A stretch of 12,380 nt of DNA, from NCBI GenBank assembly GCA_031364845.1, contig JANLWX010000125.1, forward strand, positions 1 through 12,380. Direction: 5' to 3'. The position numbers were made by a program, and so were the translations under genes. Below are positions 7,651 to 12,380 of the stretch, in pieces; within the stretch, counting starts at the first letter, position 1; each line of letters opens with the position of its first letter. This DNA comes from Candidatus Eiseniibacteriota bacterium. Its GTDB lineage: Bacteria > Eisenbacteria > RBG-16-71-46. The notes beneath the pieces are model-generated. The model searched no databases, was not told the origin of the DNA, and saw only the letters and a program-made list of their open reading frames with translations.

Positions 7651-8028
7651 ATGATAAAAAAGAAGGCGGGCCGGACGGCCCGGCGCACAGACGCGGCCCC
7701 GTGGACGTTCCTCACGAACCACACCCACGTGCTGTTCTGCATCCAGCGCGACCCGAACGTCCGCATGCGGGACGTCGCCACCGCGGTTGGCGTGACCGAG
7801 CGGGCGGTGCAGCGGATCGTTCTCGAGTTAGAGGAGGCGGGCTACCTGGTCCGTACCCGAGAGGGCCGGCGGAATCGCTACGAGGTCCGCTCCAAGCAAC
7901 CGCTCCGACACGAAATCGAACAGCACTGCGATATCGCGGACCTGCTCGCGGTGCTGCTCGGTGCGCCAGCCCGGGCTTCCGCCGGCGCCAGGGGAGCCGC
8001 CGGGACTCGCTCGCGCGGCAAGAACTGA
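7651..8028 (+). CDS. Small winged helix-turn-helix transcriptional regulator (MarR/AsnC-like HTH, WTFLTNH family)
   Basis: ATG 7651 with GGGAGG RBS at 7638-7643, 125 aa. [11 protein letters not shown]...[33 protein letters not shown] (HTH), REGRRNRY (wing), PLRHEIE. Divergent from purE. Confidence 0.88.
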   Translation: MIKKKAGRTARRTDAAPWTFLTNHTHVLFCIQRDPNVRMRDVATAVGVTERAVQRIVLELEEAGYLVRTREGRRNRYEVRSKQPLRHEIEQHCDIADLLAVLLGAPARASAGARGAAGTRSRGKN

Positions 8029-8044
8029 GCGCTCGAGTGAGAAC

Positions 8045-8122
8045 TGATTCCTGTCCACGGCTCATCGTGATATGTCCCATGGGGGGACATAATCACGTTG
8101 CAATTAAGGGAGGACAGAATCA
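8045..8122. repeat. Nested imperfect inverted repeat (long stem-loop) in the intergenic region
   Basis: Outer arms TGATTCCTGTCC (8045-8056) and GGACAGAATCA (8112-8122). Inner arms CGTGATATGTCCC (8066-8078) and GGGACATAATCACG (8084-8097). Each stem has one bulged base. Confidence 0.7.
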
Positions 8123-8305
8123 TCTGGCATCCACATCATGTGCAAAATTACTGTACCCGCGCCACCTGTGACCGCTACACTCTTCGAGGCGCATGAAGCA
8201 TCTGCGTGCCATGATCTCGGCTCTCACACCTCAGTGCGTCCCCTCCGCAATGTTTCCAGATTGGGCTAGACTAGGCGCCATCGCCAAGGGACGCAGGAAG
8301 CTCAC

Positions 8306-9088
8306 ATGAACGTTTCTCTGGCCTGCCTTCGCAGTTGGGTTGCTCTCGCCTTACTTTCATCGGTGAGCGTGATCTCCGCTCATGCGGGCGATCGGACTCC
8401 CCTCGTCGGCACGGGCCCTCAGGCACCCGCCGGCCGACCCTCGGTCGTGAGTGGTCAAACCGGGCAGATCATTCCGGTCGATCCGAAACAAGTGCCGTGC
8501 CTGCAGGTGACGTCGTTCTCCGAAGTCGCCGGTGGACCGTATCCAGGCACGAACTACGATGATGTGCTCAACGTGGGCGCCCTTTACTTCGCCGAGCGTT
8601 TCGCCGGGCAGTTGGTGTCTTCGAGCGGCGAATTCGACGTCATCACGGGATCGCCGACGGAGCCCCTGCTGACTCAGGCGGGCGAGCCGGGGCAGAACCT
8701 CGATGTATTCGATTATTCCGGCAACGTGCTCGCCGGTCTGGGCCCGCTGGGATACAAGGACATCGACGCGATCGGCGAGGGCTCGATTGCGATCTACTTC
8801 CCGGATGCCCAGTCGAAGGTGAAATTCTCCCTCGTAGGCGGGAACGGCGGCACCGCCACCCTCACGTTCTATCGAGGGGATGGCTCGCTTGTTGATGAAC
8901 TCGTTGTGTCGAACCTGGGTGATCTCTCGTATGCGTTCGGAACCCTCGACGATAGCCACTCGATCTCGGGGATCCTGATTCAGAACACGGATCCGAGCGG
9001 TATCGGCGTGACCGACATCTGCTACGACACATTCGTCACGAGCGCCCACCGGATGACCTGGGGAAGCCTCAAGCGACTCTTCCGCTGA
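8306..9088 (+). CDS. Secreted hypothetical protein, beta-rich domain, C-terminal TWGxLKxLFR tail
   Basis: AGGAAG RBS at 8295-8300. Signal peptide MNVSLACLRSWVALALLSSVSVISAHA. Acidic beta-strand-rich body, ending TSAHRMTWGSLKRLFR. 260 aa. Confidence 0.8.
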   Translation: MNVSLACLRSWVALALLSSVSVISAHAGDRTPLVGTGPQAPAGRPSVVSGQTGQIIPVDPKQVPCLQVTSFSEVAGGPYPGTNYDDVLNVGALYFAERFAGQLVSSSGEFDVITGSPTEPLLTQAGEPGQNLDVFDYSGNVLAGLGPLGYKDIDAIGEGSIAIYFPDAQSKVKFSLVGGNGGTATLTFYRGDGSLVDELVVSNLGDLSYAFGTLDDSHSISGILIQNTDPSGIGVTDICYDTFVTSAHRMTWGSLKRLFR

Positions 9089-9126
9089 GAACTCGATCCG
9101 TGGCAATTCTTCCAACGGGGCCCTGC

Positions 9127-10872
9127 ATGAATTGGCTGAAGTCATCCTTGCTCTGCCTCCTTATAGGGACAGGGCTGTCGGTGGTGGTGATCCCCGACGC
9201 TCATTCCACCTGGATCAACGATGGCGTGGCGATCTCGCCCAACGCGACGAACTACAAGCCGTTCATCCTTTCGGATGGCATGGGCGGATCGTTCATCGCC
9301 TGGTACGGCGGGAGCGGCTCGGACATCTTCGCCCAACGGGTCCTGGCGAGCGGAGTGATCGCGCAGGGCTGGCCGTCAACGGGCCCTCTGACCGTGTCCG
9401 CAGCAACCGGCCTTCAGGAGCAGCCCGTCATGGTGAGCGATCTCACGGGCGGGGTCCTGATCTTCTGGCAGGACGCTCGCAACGGAGGCAACTACGACAT
9501 CTTCGGCCAGCACATCAGCTCCACGGGAGGCGTGTTCGGGATCGGGGCATCGAACTGGACCGGGGGCGGGATCTCGATCGCGGGCGCGACAGGCAACCAG
9601 TACGTTCCGGCCGCCGTTTCCGACGGTGAGGGTGGCGCGATCGTGGTCTGGCAGGACGGCCGGCTCGGTGCGGGCAACTACGACATCTACGCCCAGCGCG
9701 TCGACGGAGACGGCAACCGCATGTGGGCGTCGGCGGGCGTGCCGGTGTGCGTCGCAGCGAACAACCAGATCAGCCCCACCATCATCCCCGACGGCGTGGG
9801 CGGGGCGTTCATCGCGTGGCAGGACTACCGCAAGGGCAGCGAGTTCGACATCTACGCGCAGCACATCAGCGCGAGCGGAGCGGTCGTTTCCGGCGGGCGC
9901 TGGGTCGCCAACGGCCTGGGGATCTGCACCGCCACGAACTCCCAGTTCTATCCGACGCTGGCCTCGGACGGGGCAGGGGGGGCATACGTCGCGTGGCAGG
10001 ATTTCCGTTCCGGGACCGACAACCACATCTTTGCCCAGCGCGTGACCGGGGCCGGAGACGTCGCGCCGAACTGGCCGGCCAACGGTTCCGCCGTCTGCCA
10101 GGCGCAGTACTCGCAATACTACCCGGTGGTTGCCGGTGATGGCTCGCGTGGCGCGTTCATCGCATGGCAGGACTACCGCTCGGGGACCACCAACCACATT
10201 TTCGCCCAGTATCTGACGGCCAGTAATGTCGAGTTGGCTGATGACGGCGTCCCTGTGAGTCAGGCGGGCAACGGGCAGTTCTCCCCGCAGATTGCCAACG
10301 ACGGACAGAACGGCGCCTTCGTCACCTGGTACGACAGCCGCAGCGGCTCGACCAACGACATCTACATCCAGCGCATCGACAACCTTGGTCGCAAGTACTC
10401 GGGCTGGGATTCGAACGGCCAGGCGGTGTGTCTCGCCACCAACACCCAGCAGTTCCCGGTGGTCGCGACCAGCAGTCCCGGCAGTGCGATTCTGACCTGG
10501 CAGGATCTGCGCTCGGGAGGCACGACCACCGCCGCGATCTTCGCCGGTCTGGCGGTTGCCACGTCGACCGCTGCGGTCGATGAGATCCAAACTCTGGAAG
10601 CGACACTTGCGGCGCCGCGGCCCAATCCCTCGCGCGGCCCGACGAGCGTCCAACTGACTCTTCCGCATTCCGCTTTCGTTCGCGCTGACGTACTGGACAT
10701 CAACGGCCGACGCGTCGCGTCGCTGGCATCGCAGACGCTGCCCGCGGGAACGCATGCACTCGCCTGGGACGGAAGCATGACCGGAGGCGAACGTGCCTCA
10801 CCCGGTGTCTATCTGGTTCGCGTGAAGTGGGCCGGATTCGAGCGCACCCAGCGCATCGTGAGGCTCCAATGA
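9127..10872 (+). CDS. Secreted repeat protein (probable 8-bladed beta-propeller) with C-terminal FlgD-Ig/T9SS-CTD-like domain
   Basis: Start placed at ATG 9127 (MNWLKSSLLCLLIGTGLSVVVIPDAHS, signal peptide). Eight repeats of about 60 aa with consensus P-x3-DGxGGAxIAWQDxRxG-x-DIxAQxV. C-terminus PRPNPSRG...VLDINGRRV...WDGSMTGGERASPGVYLVRV. Confidence 0.87.
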   Translation: MNWLKSSLLCLLIGTGLSVVVIPDAHSTWINDGVAISPNATNYKPFILSDGMGGSFIAWYGGSGSDIFAQRVLASGVIAQGWPSTGPLTVSAATGLQEQPVMVSDLTGGVLIFWQDARNGGNYDIFGQHISSTGGVFGIGASNWTGGGISIAGATGNQYVPAAVSDGEGGAIVVWQDGRLGAGNYDIYAQRVDGDGNRMWASAGVPVCVAANNQISPTIIPDGVGGAFIAWQDYRKGSEFDIYAQHISASGAVVSGGRWVANGLGICTATNSQFYPTLASDGAGGAYVAWQDFRSGTDNHIFAQRVTGAGDVAPNWPANGSAVCQAQYSQYYPVVAGDGSRGAFIAWQDYRSGTTNHIFAQYLTASNVELADDGVPVSQAGNGQFSPQIANDGQNGAFVTWYDSRSGSTNDIYIQRIDNLGRKYSGWDSNGQAVCLATNTQQFPVVATSSPGSAILTWQDLRSGGTTTAAIFAGLAVATSTAAVDEIQTLEATLAAPRPNPSRGPTSVQLTLPHSAFVRADVLDINGRRVASLASQTLPAGTHALAWDGSMTGGERASPGVYLVRVKWAGFERTQRIVRLQ

Positions 10873-12380
10873 TGCTCGCCAGGCTTCGCCCACTCGTCGC
10901 GCCCGCGTCCTTTGCCGCGCGCGTCCGATCCGCAGCGGCGGGCTGCATCTTCCTGACGCTGGCTGCGACGTTTGCCGGCCCGGCCGCGGGGGATCTCGTC
11001 ACCTCTTCGACCGCCGGCGCGCCCTGTGACCCACCGGTGTGCACCATCACGGGGCCCGATTCGATCTGCGCGGGCGAGACGGCGGATCTGTGCGGGCCGG
11101 AGGGGAACTACTCCTACCTCTGGAGCACGGGTGCGACCACCCGTTGCATCACGATCTCGGAGCAGGACACCTACACGCTGACGGTGACCAACGTCGAGAC
11201 AGGCTGCTCGAGCACGTCGGCCGGCGGCAACGTGCCGACCCGCACCGCGTGGCAGATGCACGACGGCCTCGAGGTGACGCCCCAGAATCCGCTCGGACTC
11301 CTGGCGTTCACGTGCAGCCCGCCGCAGCATGGCGACCCCTGCGAGTACGAAGTGTCCACCATTCCCGAGCAATCTCATCCGGCCTGGGGACCGGCTCCGG
11401 ATCCCGAGATCATCGACTTCCACGTGTACCCTTCGCGGGTCTGCCAGGCTCCGATCAACTGCAGCGCCTATGGCGACTTCACTTATTTCCAGACCCTGGT
11501 CAACATTCCGGTGGCGGTGGTCGTCACGCAATTCACGATTGAGTTCGCGGGGATGGACGACGGCGCACGCGTTTCGATCTTCAACTCCGCCCATCCGGCC
11601 GGGCTCGTTGTCCCGGGCAGCTACGTCTACTACGGCGGCACGGGAACCACGAATCTTGCGCCCTACGTCGTCGCGGGCGAGGTGAACCGCGTCGTCGTCA
11701 CTCAGGTGGACGATTGCTGCATCGAGAACAACCTGGACAGCGCGCTCGTCGTGTTGAACGGCCACTCGGTGTCGACCGCGTGCGGCAAGTTCGTTCGCGT
11801 GACCTCGTGCGGCACTCCGCCGGCGGTGAGCGACGCGTTCCCGATCTTCGACAACGACCTGGCGGGCCCCGGCCGCGTGGACAGCGTCCTGGTGGTGTTC
11901 GACCAGCCGGTCGAGCCGGTGAGCGCGGAGTACGTCCCGAATTATTCGCTCGAGTCGTCGGGGACGATCGCGAGCTCCAGGCGGCTGGACGCGCCCCGGG
12001 ACCATCAGGTGGTGCTGACGATCGTCGACGGTCCGGCCGACGGCGTCGGACAGGTGTTGAACGTCAGTGGTGTGCGGAGCCTCGAGGGCAACCTCGCCAT
12101 GCTCGAGCCGCTGACGCTGAGCTTCATCAGCGGTGTGCTCGGTCTGCGTGAGATCACCGCACCGGATCCCGATGCGCTCGTGGGCGAAGGCTGCGACGAT
12201 CGGTCGCGCTTCCTGACCCCCGACAAGTCACCGAATGTGCGCGTCTCGTTCAGCGGCACGGTAACGGGGCGCTTCGGTGACGACTACACACTTCAGGACG
12301 CTTCGAACCCGCGAGCAGGCTTGTGGGTGAGCCCGTCAGAACTCGGTTTGAGCGTCGGCCACACCTACGTGCTGTCCGGA
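10869..12380 (+). CDS. Large secreted multidomain protein (3' partial; absent from the ORF track): Cys-rich Ig-like domain, beta-sandwich, Ig-like domain, start of an OB-fold
   Basis: ATGATG at 10869 overlaps the upstream stop (ATGA). My hand translation is open for 504 codons to the window end: MMLARLRPLVAPASFAARVRSAAAGCIFLTLAATFAGPAAG (signal); CTITGPDSICAGETADLCGPEGNYSYLWSTGATTRCITI; FAGMDDGARVSIFN; VLVVFDQPVEPVSAEYVPNYSL; VSFSGTVTGRFGDDYTLQDASNPRAGLWV. Confidence 0.85.
   Translation, partial: MMLARLRPLVAPASFAARVRSAAAGCIFLTLAATFAGPAAGDLVTSSTAGAPCDPPVCTITGPDSICAGETADLCGPEGNYSYLWSTGATTRCITISEQDTYTLTVTNVETGCSSTSAGGNVPTRTAWQMHDGLEVTPQNPLGLLAFTCSPPQHGDPCEYEVSTIPEQSHPAWGPAPDPEIIDFHVYPSRVCQAPINCSAYGDFTYFQTLVNIPVAVVVTQFTIEFAGMDDGARVSIFNSAHPAGLVVPGSYVYYGGTGTTNLAPYVVAGEVNRVVVTQVDDCCIENNLDSALVVLNGHSVSTACGKFVRVTSCGTPPAVSDAFPIFDNDLAGPGRVDSVLVVFDQPVEPVSAEYVPNYSLESSGTIASSRRLDAPRDHQVVLTIVDGPADGVGQVLNVSGVRSLEGNLAMLEPLTLSFISGVLGLREITAPDPDALVGEGCDDRSRFLTPDKSPNVRVSFSGTVTGRFGDDYTLQDASNPRAGLWVSPSELGLSVGHTYVLSG

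Noticed and set aside
8082..8109. dif/Xer-like site (GGGGGACATAA-TCACGT-TGCAATTAAGG)
   Set aside because: The left arm resembles a XerC arm, but the normally well-conserved XerD arm (TTATGTTAAAT) matches only 5 of 11 positions. No recombinase gene is present.
8038..9098. Short direct repeat TGAGAACT(C)GAT flanking the 8306-9088 gene (8038 and 9086)
   Set aside because: Only 8 bp are identical and no mobility gene is nearby, so it is compatible with chance.
11217..11780. Intein as the explanation for the inserted segment
   Set aside because: No terminal His-Asn before the downstream Cys and no recognisable Hint block motifs. It looks like an extracellular beta-sandwich.

Overview
GC-rich bacterial window with no RNA genes, mobile elements or CRISPR array that I can support. 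The secreted proteins end in FlgD-Ig/T9SS-like C-terminal domains or a TWGxLK tail, which suggests an FCB-related lineage such as Ca. Eisenbacteria or Krumholzibacteria (inference only). Both ends encode secreted or surface proteins. The left end has a partial carboxypeptidase-regulatory + CTD protein, a PKD/glycine-rich lipoprotein and rsmE. The right end has a TWG-tail protein, an 8-repeat propeller + CTD protein and a partial multidomain protein missing from the ORF track. The centre (3914-8028) is the most interesting part: a tightly coupled minus-strand operon of purE, purK, a signal-peptide beta-carbonic anhydrase, sbtA and sbtB, divergent from a small winged-helix regulator. Between them are overlapping divergent sigma70-like promoters and a perfect TACACGA-N8-TCGTGTA inverted repeat over the operon's -35. 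This looks like a regulated bicarbonate-acquisition cassette wired to the HCO3(-)-dependent step of purine synthesis rather than to Rubisco.
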